Origin: a virus
Taxonomy: Duplodnaviria > Heunggongvirae > Uroviricota > Caudoviricetes
Length of the DNA: 64,000 bases
Virus record (IMG/VR): IMGVR_UViG_3300043313_001192
Coordinates: 25,598-89,597 of that record
Strand: one strand, 5' to 3'
Shown here one piece after another: positions 42,410-52,922 of the stretch. A program made the position numbers and the translations under genes. Under the pieces are notes generated by a model, which was not told the DNA's origin, ran no database searches, and saw only the letters and a list, made by a program, of their open reading frames with translations. Position 1 is the stretch's first letter. Each line of letters begins with the position of its first letter.

Positions 42410-45400
42410 AGCTTGCCGTGCCTGCCGAACCGCGCCTTGCCGCACCCACCTATCCATGCCGGTCCCAGCCTCACCACGCCTGCCTTGCCCGGCCGCGCCT
42501 AGCCTTCTCACACCGCGCCTGCCCCACCATGCCGAGCCTGTCCACACCTCACCCAGACGGGCCTGCCCAGCCACGCCTTGCCTTGCCGCACCTGACCGTG
42601 CCACGGCTGCCTGGCCGCACCACACCCAGTCGTGCCAGATCCCGCCTAGCCATCCCCTGCCTGCCTCGCCCTGCCTGACCGCACCCCACCATGCCTAGCC
42701 CCACCGCGCCTGCCATGCCGTACCAGACCTTGCCGAGCCAACCGGGCCTGCCTTGCCAAGCCAACCGCACCTAGCCCTCCGCGCCGCGCCTGTCCATGCC
42801 TAGCCCTGCCTGCCGCGCCATGCCGTACCGGAAGCTACCGGGCCGGAACACGCCGGGCCGCACCTAGCCATGCCCTGCCGAGCCTGCCTACCGTGCCGTG
42901 CCGTACCGGGCCTAGCCCCGGTCGACCATGCCTTGCCTGCCAAGCCCAACCCGGCCATGCCTAACCCTGAGCACCGCGCCACGCCTGCCTGACCAAGCCG
43001 CGCCTGACCGAACCAAGCCCCGCCGAGCCCACCTCGCCTGCCGGGCCTGGCCGTGCCTGGCCTAGCCGCACCTATCCATGCCCCGCCTGCCAAGACCCGC
43101 CGTGCCGTGCCATCGGTACCGAGCCCTACCAAACCACGCCTGCCGCGCCGTGCCAGGTGCTGCCGTGCCGACCACGCCTAACCTTGCCCCGCCTGCCCCG
43201 CCATGCCCAGTCGCACCCTGCCGCGATCGCCATGCCCAGCCGTGCCGTTCCTGCCATGCCGGACCTCGCCCTCCCGGCCATGTCGTGCCCTGCCCCGCCT
43301 GCCCTGCCGAGACTGGCCGAGCCATGACATGCCTTGCCTCGCCTGGCCGTGCCGAGCCCGGACCCGCCTGCCTTGCCATGCCGGGCCGGGCCGTGCCTAG
43401 CCGACCTAGCCTTGCCTGCCGTGCCCCGCCTAGCCTGACCGAGCCATACCCCGCCTGCCCAGCCACTCCTTGCCGTGCCTTGCCATCCGCGCCTCGCCTG
43501 CCGAACCGGACCCCGCCTTACCCAGCCACACCGACCAAACCTCGCCTGCCAAACCTGGCCTTGCCGTGCCACACCAAGACGAACCTGGACATGCCCACAC
43601 GTGCCCTGCCGACCCGAACCACACCGAGCCATGCCTGCCGCGCCACGCCTTGCCTTGCCATGTCAACCGGGCCTGGCCCTGCCGCCCGCGCCTTGCCACG
43701 CCTGCCCGACCACACCACGCCTTGTCCTGCCCACCATGTTCCGCCTGCCGGGCCTAGCCCTGCCTTGCCAGACGATCCTGGCCGCGCCTGCCCTGCCTTG
43801 AGCGCCTTGCCTCGACCCGCCGTGCCAGGACTGCCGGACCGTACCGTGCCCAGCCTCACCACGCCGTGCCTAGCCGCAGCTGCCGGACCGTGCCTTGCCC
43901 AGCCACTCCATCCGTACCTAGCCTGCCGCGCCCTGCCTTGGCCCGCCACGACCCGCCCGGACTCGCCCCGCCTAGTCATGCCTGCCCAGCCGAACCACAC
44001 CTAGCCTGACCATGCCCTGACCTGCCTGCCGAGCCACGCCGTACCGCGGAAGCCACGCCGATGCCTTGCCCCGCCTGCCCCGCCGCACCTAGCTGCACCG
44101 CACCAAGACCCGCCTGCCGCGCCTGGCCGAACCTTGAATGCCTTGCCCTCCGCGCCGCACCGAGACACACCTGCCCAGCCCCGTCGTGCCATGCCTGACC
44201 GCGCCCCGCCTGACCAAGCCTGCCTTGCCGAACCGGGCCGCACCATCCTCGCCATGCGGTGCCGTGCCCCGCCTTGCCTGCCGTGCCGCGCCCTGCCAAA
44301 CCTAGCCAAGTCGTGCCCTGCCATGACGAGCCGTGCCGGACCTGCCTCACCACGCCCAGCTCCGCCGAACTCCCCGAGCCCAGCCATGCCTGCCACACCC
44401 GGCCTTGCCACACACTGCCGCGCCCACCGATCCTGGCCGCGCCCAGCCGTGCCTGCCCGGCCCCGCCGCACCTCGCCATGCGCTGCGATACCACGCCACG
44501 CCCTCCGCGCCTGCCTGGCCCAGCCACACCGTCCCGTGCCACGCATCCCAGACCACGCCATGCCTGCCTCACCTAGCCCTGCCAAGCCCGGCCAATCCTG
44601 GGCGTGCCGGGCCGAGCCAAGCCTGCCGGACCAAGACGTGCCATCCCCTGCCGTTGCCATGCCTGGACCTGCCGCACCGAGCCACGCCTGCCTGACCGCA
44701 CCAGACCCGGCCGCACCCTGCCTAGACCACCGCGCCATGCCTGCCAGGCCCTGCCTCGTGAAGCCCAGCCCCGCCTCGCCGTGCCCAGCCAATCCGCGCC
44801 TGCCCCACCGATCCAAGCCCTGCCTTGCCTAGGCAAACCACGCCTGCCTGGCCTAGCCGGACCAAGCCGAACCCCGCCTACCCCGACCCGCCTGCCGGAC
44901 CGCACCTTGCCGTCCGCGCCGCGCCCAACGATGCCCAGCCACGCCTGCCGAACCGTGCCACGTCGTACGCCGCCAAGCCGGACCCAACCTGCCTCGCCAC
45001 ACCCAGCCTGACCGTGCCCCGCTTCACCGCGCCTGCCGCGCCTCGCCCACCAAGCCATCCTCGCCGGGACGCATCGCACCTCGCCTGCCGCGCCACGTCA
45101 TGCCACAGCTCGCCGCGACGTACCAAGCCTCGCCTGCCATGCCTCGCCTCGCCTCGCCTAGCCCAGCTCGCCATGCCCAGCCCGGCCTGCCGGGCCGCAC
45201 CGAACGATGCCGAAAGCCACCAAGCCCACCATCCCGAGCCGCACCACGCCTGCCACGCCCCTCCGAGCCTGACCACACCATGCCCTTCCTCGCCTGCCGT
45301 GCCCGACCCTGCCAACCACTCCTAGCCCTGTTCACCATGCGATGCCTGCCCGGCCGGACCGGACCGCGCCGTACCCGCCCCTGCCAATCCCTGCCTAGCC

Positions 45401-45893
45401 CTGCCTGCCACGCCGTGCCCAACCAAGCCCGGCCGGTCCCTGCCATCCCTTGCCATGCCAAGCCTGCCGTGACCCGCCTTGCCACGCCCCGCTTGCCCCG
45501 ACGCGCCTGGCCTTGCCTAGCCTGCCGAACCGTGCCCAACCGAACCAACCGCACCGTGCCCGGCCAACCCTGACCGCGCCAAGCCTGCCAAGCCCCGACA
45601 CGACTAGCCATCCCGCGCCTTGCCCACCACGCCTGCCAGACCAAGCCAAGCCGTACCATCCGCGCCTTGCCGCCCACGCCGTGCCGCGCCCCGCCTGCCA
45701 TGCCGTGCCGCGCCTCACCGCGCCAAGCCTCATCACGCCATGCCCAGCCCAGCCTGCCGGACCTGGACCCGCCGTGCCGTGCCTAGACCTGCCTGCCATG
45801 CCGCGTCGACCGGGCCAAGAATCCCATGCCCCGCCCCGCCTAGCCTGCCCCGCCGAGTGCTGCCCTGCCGCGCCTAGCCTTGCCATCCGTGCC
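42410..45893 (-). ncRNA. ~3.5-kb array of GGY-NN pentamers punctuated by GGCAGGC (putative VIPR-type guide RNA array)
   Basis: Plus strand parses as RCC-NN repeats; 59 exact GCCTGCC by manual count plus degenerate copies, spaced mostly 38-65 nt in 5-nt steps; NN dinucleotides differ between units. Confidence 0.85.
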
Positions 45894-45903
45894 AGGGCAC
45901 AGA

Positions 45904-45938
45904 ACGAGGCAGGACACCCCCCACGGGTCCTGCCTCGT
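45904..45938 (-). other. 12-bp-stem hairpin between the RAMP-like gene and the array
   Basis: ACGAGGCAGGAC / GTCCTGCCTCGT with an 11-nt loop. Confidence 0.75.
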
Positions 45939-45955
45939 CCGGCTCTGATGTGCTG

Positions 45956-46624
45956 CTACTTGATCTCCACCGAGCGGGTCGGGTCGATCATGAAGGTGCC
46001 CATGTCGCCCTTCTTCTCCGGACGCCACTCGCCGACGCCCACACCCAGGCCACCGGCCTCGATCAGCGAGAGCACCGACTCCCTGGTCAACATGGACTTC
46101 ACGTAGGTCACTTCGAGGGTCGTCGACCACTCGGTGAACTGCGGCCGGTAGCGCAGGTCGGTGCCGCCGTTGCCGACGCGCACGACGTCCTCACGCATGA
46201 TCGGCTCGCCCTCGATCCGGACCATCATCTGACCCTCGACCTTGGACATCTCGCCGCTGAAGAACAGCGTCTGCCGGAGGCTGACCATGGTCACCGACTT
46301 GTCGAAGAACCGGGCCGCGGAGACGGTCGCGGCCTTGAACGCGATCGACGGGAAGCCGTAGCCGCCGTCGTCCATCTTGTAGGCCGCGGCCTCGTAGTCG
46401 CCCTCGGGATCCTTGGGCGCCTTCGGGCTCTTGCGGCCCTGCATCGCGTCGAGCATCTGACGCTTCGCCTTCTCCGAGAACTTGTGCATGATCAGCGGCG
46501 CGGATCCGACGATCGGGATCAGCAGCGTCTCGGTGCCGATCCGGGAGATCTCGATCGCCGGGGCGCTGTCGTCAGCTGCGGGAGGAGGAGTCGCTGCGGT
46601 CTTCTTGGCAGGCTTCGTGGCCAT
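45956..46624 (-). CDS. Cas7/RAMP-like RNA-binding protein (putative Vipr effector)
   Basis: N-terminal IPIVGSAPLIMH strand, YGFPSIAFKAA helix, C-terminal Gly-rich loop AGGLGVGVGEWRPEKKGDMGTF; AAGGAC RBS; abuts the pentamer array. Confidence 0.7.
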   Translation of the reverse strand: MATKPAKKTAATPPPAADDSAPAIEISRIGTETLLIPIVGSAPLIMHKFSEKAKRQMLDAMQGRKSPKAPKDPEGDYEAAAYKMDDGGYGFPSIAFKAATVSAARFFDKSVTMVSLRQTLFFSGEMSKVEGQMMVRIEGEPIMREDVVRVGNGGTDLRYRPQFTEWSTTLEVTYVKSMLTRESVLSLIEAGGLGVGVGEWRPEKKGDMGTFMIDPTRSVEIK

Positions 46625-46678
46625 GTGTCGTTCCGTCCTTGAGGTTGTGTTCCCCACCTTGGGGAATCAGGTGACGGC

Positions 46679-46689
46679 AACGTAGCACA
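46679..46689 (-). promoter_or_regulatory. putative promoter of the RAMP/array operon
   Basis: TGTGC-TACGTT on the minus strand, same style as the early promoters. Confidence 0.4.
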
Positions 46690-46716
46690 GGGCCTAGACC
46701 ATGGTGTGGAGGTTGG

Positions 46717-47643
46717 TCACGACCAGTAGGAATAAGTCACTCTCAAGATGAAGTTCCCGGCCGGTGCGTCCACCGAGTAGCCGTAGTAGGCGGGGTTCGT
46801 GGTCGGTCCCGGCCCCAGGGTGATCCCGCAGAACGAGCTGTACGTGATGACGGTGGCCGCCCAACTGGTGATGTCGACCTCGAAGTAGGAGGAGTAGGTC
46901 AGGTCCTTGCGGGTGCGGGCGGGTTTCGTGTCCGCTGCACCCCACGTGCTGGGCTTGGTGGTCTGGTTGTAGAAGTCGCCGACCATCACGGTGCCACCGG
47001 CCTTGTCGTACCACCACGCCCAGCCCGCGTTGCAGTCGAAGATCACCTTGGAGACCACCGCACCAGCAGGGAAGGTCGGGTTGAAGTACAGCAGCGACTT
47101 CCGGTTGCCGTGCGTGGCCGAGTAGTAGCCCTGGTGCACCGCACCGTCGTGCCCGGAACCGCTGATCTTGTTGCCCGCACCGTTGTACGCCTGGGTCCAA
47201 CCGACGTAGAAGTTCGTGGTCGTGGTCTTCTGGGTCTGCACCGTGACCGTCGCGGTCTCCGCGGACGAGGAGGACGCATGCGTGGTCGAGCCGGTGAACT
47301 TGGCGTAGAACTTGGTGGAAGCAACCGGTGTCGTGCTGATGGTGGCAGTGCCACCGCCAGACGGTGCCGCCGCGGTAGCAAACTTCACCCAGGCGCCGGA
47401 GGAGCTGAAGTAGTAGAACTCGAAGTTGCCGCCGTTGCGCCCGGTGGTGCTGGCCGTCAACGTGAACGAGGAGCCCTTGTGCACCACGGTGGCCGACTTG
47501 GTGCACGTGGTCGTGGTGCTGATCAGTGAGGTGCCGACACCCTCTTTGAGCGACTCGTACGTCGGGACCTGCCACACAGACGCAGCGAACCGCCACACCG
47601 CCCCGTCCCAGACCCGGATCGTGCCGGGTGCATAGCTGGTCAT
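46717..47643 (-). CDS. minor tail protein
   Basis: Thr/Ser-rich Ig-like segment plus C-terminal domain (YNGAGNKI...QGYY...LLYF) typical of actinophage minor tail proteins. Confidence 0.65.
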   Translation of the reverse strand: MTSYAPGTIRVWDGAVWRFAASVWQVPTYESLKEGVGTSLISTTTTCTKSATVVHKGSSFTLTASTTGRNGGNFEFYYFSSSGAWVKFATAAAPSGGGTATISTTPVASTKFYAKFTGSTTHASSSSAETATVTVQTQKTTTTNFYVGWTQAYNGAGNKISGSGHDGAVHQGYYSATHGNRKSLLYFNPTFPAGAVVSKVIFDCNAGWAWWYDKAGGTVMVGDFYNQTTKPSTWGAADTKPARTRKDLTYSSYFEVDITSWAATVITYSSFCGITLGPGPTTNPAYYGYSVDAPAGNFILRVTYSYWS

Positions 47644-49970
47644 GCTGCTCCTATCTTCGCGGCACCGGGCAGGTAGATCACGATCACCCGGTCCCGGTAG
47701 ACAGTGGCGTTAGGGCCTCCGTGGCTGTACTCGGTGCGGATCATGTACTTGGTCCCCGCGGTCACCGTCACGATCGAGAACGTGGTGTAGGGAGTCCGGC
47801 TGGGCACGGTGTCGGAGGAAGAGATCGCCACGTCTCCAGCGAACCCGACGTAGCTACCACCCAACCCGTCGTCGCTCACATCGCTGTAGGTCCCGCAACG
47901 CATCAACAGATAGTCGTCATAATCCGCACGCCCCACCCCGGTGGAGATGGCGATCATCACGCCGTCGGACGGTGGTGTGGTCACCACCCGGTAGGCGTTC
48001 GGCACAGCGGCGTACCCAGAGGCCAGCAGCGGCACGTTGTTGGCGGTCACACCCATGTAGCCGCCGGTCATCACCGTGATCTGGGACTGCTTCACCGAGG
48101 TGTCCAACCACTGACTGAACATCGGCCAGGCAGCGAACGGGAAACCCAGGTCGGCTGGTTGTGGGTCGACGCCAGGGTCCCCGGACCACAGGAACTGCGG
48201 TGGCACCGCGGCCTCTTCCGGAAGCAGTCCCAGCATCCGGTCGACGTAGCTGCGTGAGGTCACGTCACCGGCCTGCTCGGGCGGATCCTTCACGGGTCCG
48301 ATCCGCATCGGCACCACCGGGTCGATGTCGGGTGGGCTGACCTCTGAGGTGATGACGTCCGAGGCCGTGACCGTGCCGTCGGACTTCACCCACCCGGTCT
48401 CCAGACCGTCAGCCAGTCGCAGCTCGCGTGGAGACCTGATCACCTCGTGGGTGTCGACCAGCACTTGCCCGGCCGTGCAGGCGATGAACGGACGGAAGAG
48501 CACCGTGGTGGGCAACGGGTTGACCGCCGCCTCCACCGCAGCAGACGTACCGACAGCGGGCTCGGCCCCGTCACCGTGCGCGATGACACCGGCCACCTCG
48601 TCCCAGGACGGCTCGACGGTGTAGTAGCTGGAGGTCGAGTTGTGCGGCTCGCCGTCCCACACGAACGTCTCGTCCCCGATCGAAGCGGTGGTGCCGTCGA
48701 AGTAGGTGCGTCCGTTCGGCAGCGGCGCCTGCCCGACCCGGAGCATCACGTTGTCCAGGTAGGCCCGCGTACCCGCCACCGGCGTCTTGGCGGCGAGCCC
48801 TACGAAGAAGCTGTGGGTGCTGCCGTCGTCCGGTGCAGTCATCTTCACCTCGGCGTAGACCCACCGGTCCTTGGCGGTGATCGTGGGACCAGCGCTGTTG
48901 AAGAGGTACTGCAGGTTGACGTCCGGGCTCCCGGCAGGGACGTAGACCTGGGCCGACAGCGTCAACAGCGAGCCCGGTGGCACCTCCTCGGTGCCGATGA
49001 CGCAGTTGCTGTGCGTGGTCCCTGCGTCCAGGTTGGGCCAGGTCACCTTGACCGACTGGGCACCGGAGTAGTGCTGCTCGGTGGCGTACTCCACGACGGC
49101 GACTGTCCCAGCACCGAAGGCTGGGTTGGAGTGCCAGTCGGGTCCGGTACCTGCGGTGGGCGACGCATCCTCCGCACTGGGCTTGGTGACCAGGTTCCTG
49201 GACACCAAGATGCCGGTCTCCTTGGCCGGGACGATCGGCACCTGGTTGGCGCACACCACCTGACCGAGCAGCGTGTGGTCGGCGTCGTAGCACAGCCAGC
49301 CCATCGACATCGTGGCCGAGCTGCCCAGCGCCGAGACCCGTGCACTGTTGCGGTACAGGCTGGCCTCGGAGATCGGGATCGGGTCACCGTTCCAGTAGAT
49401 CGAGCCGCCGGTGCCGATCTGCCAGCCACCGCCGATGGTCGGGCCGGGCAGCTCGGCGATGAAGGTGGACGGTGCGCTCCGCTGCTCCCACAGCTCGCGG
49501 GTGTACTGCCACCACGAGGTGAGCGAGACGTCGTTGCCGCCATCAGGTGGCGCTCCATGGGTGTGGTCGGAGCGAGCCACCGTGCTCGCCGTACCGTCGG
49601 CGGCGACGTCACCAGGAAGCTTGGTGGGTGTGACCGCCCCGAACTTCGCATCCAACGTCACCAGGCTGGTGTCGTGCAGCCCGTCGTCGGTGACCGTGGC
49701 TGCCATCGACCCGGTGGAGCGGAAGTCCAGCTTGCTGCGCTGGGCACGGGCAGCTCCATCGTCGGCCACGGTGGTGTAGTTCCGGCCTCCGGTCCAGGCG
49801 GTGCCGTCCCAGTACTTCAGCGCCCCTGGCGTCGCTGAGTCGTCGAACCAGAGCTGGCCCTTGACCGGGGCGGTCGGCGGCGTGCCCCGGTTCTCGGCCC
49901 GCGCGTTGATCAGCTGGTTGTGCCGCAGGTCGATGTCGGTGGCGAACCACTCCGCTGCCGGGGCCGTCAT
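47640..49970 (-). CDS. tail fiber / receptor-binding protein with carbohydrate-binding-like module
   Basis: GQLWFDD..LKYWDGTAW; NLVTKPSAE...SGAQSVKVT...YLDNVML...YFDG CBM-like segment. Confidence 0.7.
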   Translation of the reverse strand: MTAPAAEWFATDIDLRHNQLINARAENRGTPPTAPVKGQLWFDDSATPGALKYWDGTAWTGGRNYTTVADDGAARAQRSKLDFRSTGSMAATVTDDGLHDTSLVTLDAKFGAVTPTKLPGDVAADGTASTVARSDHTHGAPPDGGNDVSLTSWWQYTRELWEQRSAPSTFIAELPGPTIGGGWQIGTGGSIYWNGDPIPISEASLYRNSARVSALGSSATMSMGWLCYDADHTLLGQVVCANQVPIVPAKETGILVSRNLVTKPSAEDASPTAGTGPDWHSNPAFGAGTVAVVEYATEQHYSGAQSVKVTWPNLDAGTTHSNCVIGTEEVPPGSLLTLSAQVYVPAGSPDVNLQYLFNSAGPTITAKDRWVYAEVKMTAPDDGSTHSFFVGLAAKTPVAGTRAYLDNVMLRVGQAPLPNGRTYFDGTTASIGDETFVWDGEPHNSTSSYYTVEPSWDEVAGVIAHGDGAEPAVGTSAAVEAAVNPLPTTVLFRPFIACTAGQVLVDTHEVIRSPRELRLADGLETGWVKSDGTVTASDVITSEVSPPDIDPVVPMRIGPVKDPPEQAGDVTSRSYVDRMLGLLPEEAAVPPQFLWSGDPGVDPQPADLGFPFAAWPMFSQWLDTSVKQSQITVMTGGYMGVTANNVPLLASGYAAVPNAYRVVTTPPSDGVMIAISTGVGRADYDDYLLMRCGTYSDVSDDGLGGSYVGFAGDVAISSSDTVPSRTPYTTFSIVTVTAGTKYMIRTEYSHGGPNATVYRDRVIVIYLPGAAKIGAA

Positions 49971-50167
49971 GCAACCACCCGCTGCAGCCTGTCGCACACA
50001 CAGACCTCGTCGTCACAGAACCCGTACTGTGGCGCCATCGTCGTCACCCGGTGCTCACGCACCAGCTGGCGCCCGTGGTGGGTGTGTCCGCACTTGCAGG
50101 GGTAGCCCGGCGTCACGGCGATCCAGTGCTCTTGGACCGTCCTGACGATGTCGTTGACGTTGCTCAT
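49967..50167 (-). CDS. small Cys-rich protein
   Basis: ATGA coupling; CKCGH...CVC. Confidence 0.55.
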   Translation of the reverse strand: MSNVNDIVRTVQEHWIAVTPGYPCKCGHTHHGRQLVREHRVTTMAPQYGFCDDEVCVCDRLQRVVA

Positions 50168-50658
50168 GACAGGTAGGCCGTTCCGGCGATCGGCTCGGAG
50201 AAGTCGATGCTCAGGTTGTCGTTGTTCGTGTAGGTGACCGCGCCGCGCACGGTGTTCCCCGCGGTGTTGATCACGCGCACCTGTGGCTCGTAGTGCATCA
50301 GGTGCATGATCGACCAGCGCGTCGCCGCGGTGGTCTGCTGGTGCTCGTAGTACGAGGGCGCTCCGCCCTCTCCGTAGATCGGCAACCAGGCAGTGCCGTT
50401 CCAGACGAACGTCGGCTGAGGCACCAGCACTGGTGGCGTCTTGATCCAGAGGTCGCCAGGTGCCACATCGAGCACTGGTACGCCCGCCTGCACGTAGGCG
50501 TGCACCGAGCGACCTTGAGGTCCCTGCGGCCCGACCGGACCGATGCCGTCGGCAACCACGATCAGATCGACGTCGGCGGTGGCCAGCTCAAGGTCGAGCG
50601 CTGCGGTGCTGGGACGCACCGCGACGCTCTGCTGGGCTGCACCACCGATGTCGACCAC
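50164..50658 (-). CDS. tail-associated protein
   Basis: GPVGPQGPQG, GDLWI...VWNGTAW, YEHQQTTAATRWSIMH. Confidence 0.7.
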   Translation of the reverse strand: MVDIGGAAQQSVAVRPSTAALDLELATADVDLIVVADGIGPVGPQGPQGRSVHAYVQAGVPVLDVAPGDLWIKTPPVLVPQPTFVWNGTAWLPIYGEGGAPSYYEHQQTTAATRWSIMHLMHYEPQVRVINTAGNTVRGAVTYTNNDNLSIDFSEPIAGTAYLS

Positions 50659-50672
50659 TGCTCAGTCCTTCC

Positions 50673-50936
50673 TCACACCTCGGGCGAGGTCGCGCCCGAG
50701 GCCGGTCCGGCGACCACGTTGCCGTCCTGCATCTTGGAGACCACTGTGTTCCAGGGTGTCACCTGGGACTCCACCCAGAACGCGGCACCGGCGGTGACCG
50801 CGCCGATGATCAGCGAGCAGATCGCGACCACGTCCTTGTCCAGGGTGTCGATCAGTCCGAGCCCACCGTTGATCACTCCGAGCGCGGCCAGGATCGAGTA
50901 CACGATCACCACCGGGCGATTGGTCTTCTCGTTCAT
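50673..50936 (-). CDS. holin
   Basis: Two TM helices followed by VTP motif, directly downstream of the endolysin. Confidence 0.65.
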   Translation of the reverse strand: MNEKTNRPVVIVYSILAALGVINGGLGLIDTLDKDVVAICSLIIGAVTAGAAFWVESQVTPWNTVVSKMQDGNVVAGPASGATSPEV

Positions 50937-50938
50937 CA

Positions 50939-51364
50939 CTACCTCCCTGCTGTCTTCCGCGCCGCTGCCTTCTTGGCGGGCGGCCTGCGGTGCGGAATGG
51001 TGACCTCGTTGATGTCCCAGGCCCAACCCGCGTACTTCAACTTCGGCCAGTGACGGCCGAACCAACCGATCGGCCGGGTCGCGACGCGACCCCACCCGTC
51101 GGCGTCCGTGGAGCGCACCCGACCACCGCCCATCGAGATGGCGATGTGGCCGAATCCGCGCGAGCCGCCGAGCCAGTAGACCGCCGCACCGCGCGGTGGC
51201 TTCTTGTCCCGGTGCCTGTCGTTGGCGTTGCGCCAGGCCGTGGCGGCGTCGGGGTAGCGCGGTGGGATCCCGGCCCACTGACGGGACTGCTGCAGGCACA
51301 TCCCTGGCGCGTTGCGAGTGTCGGCCTGCGCGGTGCGCGCAGTCGTGGCCGCGTTGTTGGCCAT
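50939..51364 (-). CDS. endolysin, CHAP/NlpC-P60-like cysteine peptidase
   Basis: GMCLQQ catalytic Cys, PPRGAAVYW..G..GHIAIS catalytic His. Confidence 0.75.
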   Translation of the reverse strand: MANNAATTARTAQADTRNAPGMCLQQSRQWAGIPPRYPDAATAWRNANDRHRDKKPPRGAAVYWLGGSRGFGHIAISMGGGRVRSTDADGWGRVATRPIGWFGRHWPKLKYAGWAWDINEVTIPHRRPPAKKAAARKTAGR

Positions 51365-51492
51365 CACGTCCTCTTCTCGTCGTCGTCCTCGGTGGCCGGG
51401 TCGTGCGGCTCGGTGGCGTGACGGTCCTGCCGGTCGGGCTGCGGCGGCTCGTCGACCGGCTCTTCCTTCTGCCAGGGTGTGCGGCTGCTCAT
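51364..51492 (-). CDS. small charged hypothetical protein
   Basis: GAGAGG RBS, TGATG coupling, 42 aa. Confidence 0.45.
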   Translation of the reverse strand: MSSRTPWQKEEPVDEPPQPDRQDRHATEPHDPATEDDDEKRT

Positions 51493-51503
51493 GGGCGTTC
51501 CTC

Positions 51504-52919
51504 TCATCCGTCTGCGGGGAAGCTGATGTTGGCGAGTGAGGCCCAGACCGCGCCGGTCATCGCGAGGTTCAGCTTCACGGTGCCGTCGGTCATGATGTTG
51601 ATCCGGCTTGCCGGGTCGGTAGAGGTGGGCACGCTGACGTGCTGGTTGCCACCAGGCCGGTAGCCAGCAGGCAGGGTGAAGAGGGTGGCGCCCACGGTGA
51701 CGGTGCCCGGCTTGAGCATCCCGCGCAGGTAGACGACGCCGCCGATCCTGCGGTAGCCCGCGGGCTCCCAGGTCGGGACGCTGTAGTTGGTCCAGCTGCT
51801 CAGCAGCGTGGGGGCGATCCAGGTGGTGTCGTCGAGCCCGGCGGTCCCGACCAGCATCCAGCTGGTGCCGAGCCGCACGTAGTAGCGTCCGGTGTCGGTC
51901 TCATAGATCGTGTTCCCCTCGACCACCCAGACAGGCCGGGTGGTCGAGGTGCACGAGACGAATCCGCTGGCTGTCTGCCAGCCGTACGCGCCGGACCAGA
52001 AGTGCAAGAACCCGGTGTTCTGGTTGGCGTACAGCTGACCCAGCGACAACGGGACCGGGTAGTTGAAGATGCCGCCGATCCCGGCCGCAGCGAACGAGGA
52101 CCAGGACTGGGTCCAGGTCCCGATGGCCGCATTGCTCGGCGGGATGGCGCTTTGGACCTGCAGCTGCCCGCGGTGAGTGACACCCTCCCGCACGTAGACC
52201 TGGGTGTTGCGGTCCACAGCCGCAGTGACGTTGGCGTCGGACGCTCGCGCCCAGACACCGGTCGAGGCAACCCAGACGCCGTTCTCACCGCCCTGGCTCT
52301 GGAAACCCAGCAGCACCCGGTCACCGGCTTCGGTCAGCACGTCGTCGACGAGCTGGAGCCCGGTGAGCGTGACGTTGCTCCCGACAGTGCTGGCCGCGCG
52401 CACCGGCGCCAGCAACGGGCCGGTCAACCCGGCCATCCCCGCAGGTCCGGTAGCACCAGTCGGCCCGAGAGCACCCGTCCCGGTGGGGCCAGTCGCTCCG
52501 GTGGGTCCGGTAGCTCCGGTGGGTCCTAGTGCACCGACCGGACCGGGCGCCCCCACACCGGCAGGTCCGGTGGGACCAGTCGGACCGGACGGACCGATGA
52601 TCATGTTCTGCCAGGCTGCACCGTCCCAGGTCCGCACCATCCGCGGCGGTCCGGGACTCACCCAGATGTCACCGGTACCAGGCTCGGACGGTGCGCTGGT
52701 GGACTCGGTGACAGCGATGCCTTCACCGGTCAGTCCCACCGGTCCAGGAGGTCCGGGCGCACCGACCGGACCATCGCTGCCCAGGACCATGTTCAGCCCG
52801 TCCTGAGCGGGCAAGGACAAGTCCAGTGTGGGTGCCTGGCTCGGCAGGAGTTCGATGGCCAGTGTGGTGTCGTTGGGTGGGATGATGAGGCTGACATCCC
52901 ATCCGGTGGCCTCTGACAT
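51504..52919 (-). CDS. tail fiber protein with collagen-like repeats
   Basis: GPT/GAT triplet run; [16 protein letters not shown]...DRVLL..Q....NGVW; [20 protein letters not shown]. Confidence 0.8.
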   Translation of the reverse strand: MSEATGWDVSLIIPPNDTTLAIELLPSQAPTLDLSLPAQDGLNMVLGSDGPVGAPGPPGPVGLTGEGIAVTESTSAPSEPGTGDIWVSPGPPRMVRTWDGAAWQNMIIGPSGPTGPTGPAGVGAPGPVGALGPTGATGPTGATGPTGTGALGPTGATGPAGMAGLTGPLLAPVRAASTVGSNVTLTGLQLVDDVLTEAGDRVLLGFQSQGGENGVWVASTGVWARASDANVTAAVDRNTQVYVREGVTHRGQLQVQSAIPPSNAAIGTWTQSWSSFAAAGIGGIFNYPVPLSLGQLYANQNTGFLHFWSGAYGWQTASGFVSCTSTTRPVWVVEGNTIYETDTGRYYVRLGTSWMLVGTAGLDDTTWIAPTLLSSWTNYSVPTWEPAGYRRIGGVVYLRGMLKPGTVTVGATLFTLPAGYRPGGNQHVSVPTSTDPASRINIMTDGTVKLNLAMTGAVWASLANISFPADG

Positions 52920-52922
52920 TGC

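Noticed and set aside
42410-45893. Self-targeting of the early-promoter box by array guides
   Set aside because: A partial by-eye check of skip-one NN patterns found no match; not exhaustive, so no claim is made
42352-46106. Many overlapping Arg/Gly/Ala/Trp- or Pro/Cys-rich ORFs in all six frames across the array
   Set aside because: By-product of a 5-nt-periodic, stop-poor sequence; no RBS or protein-like composition
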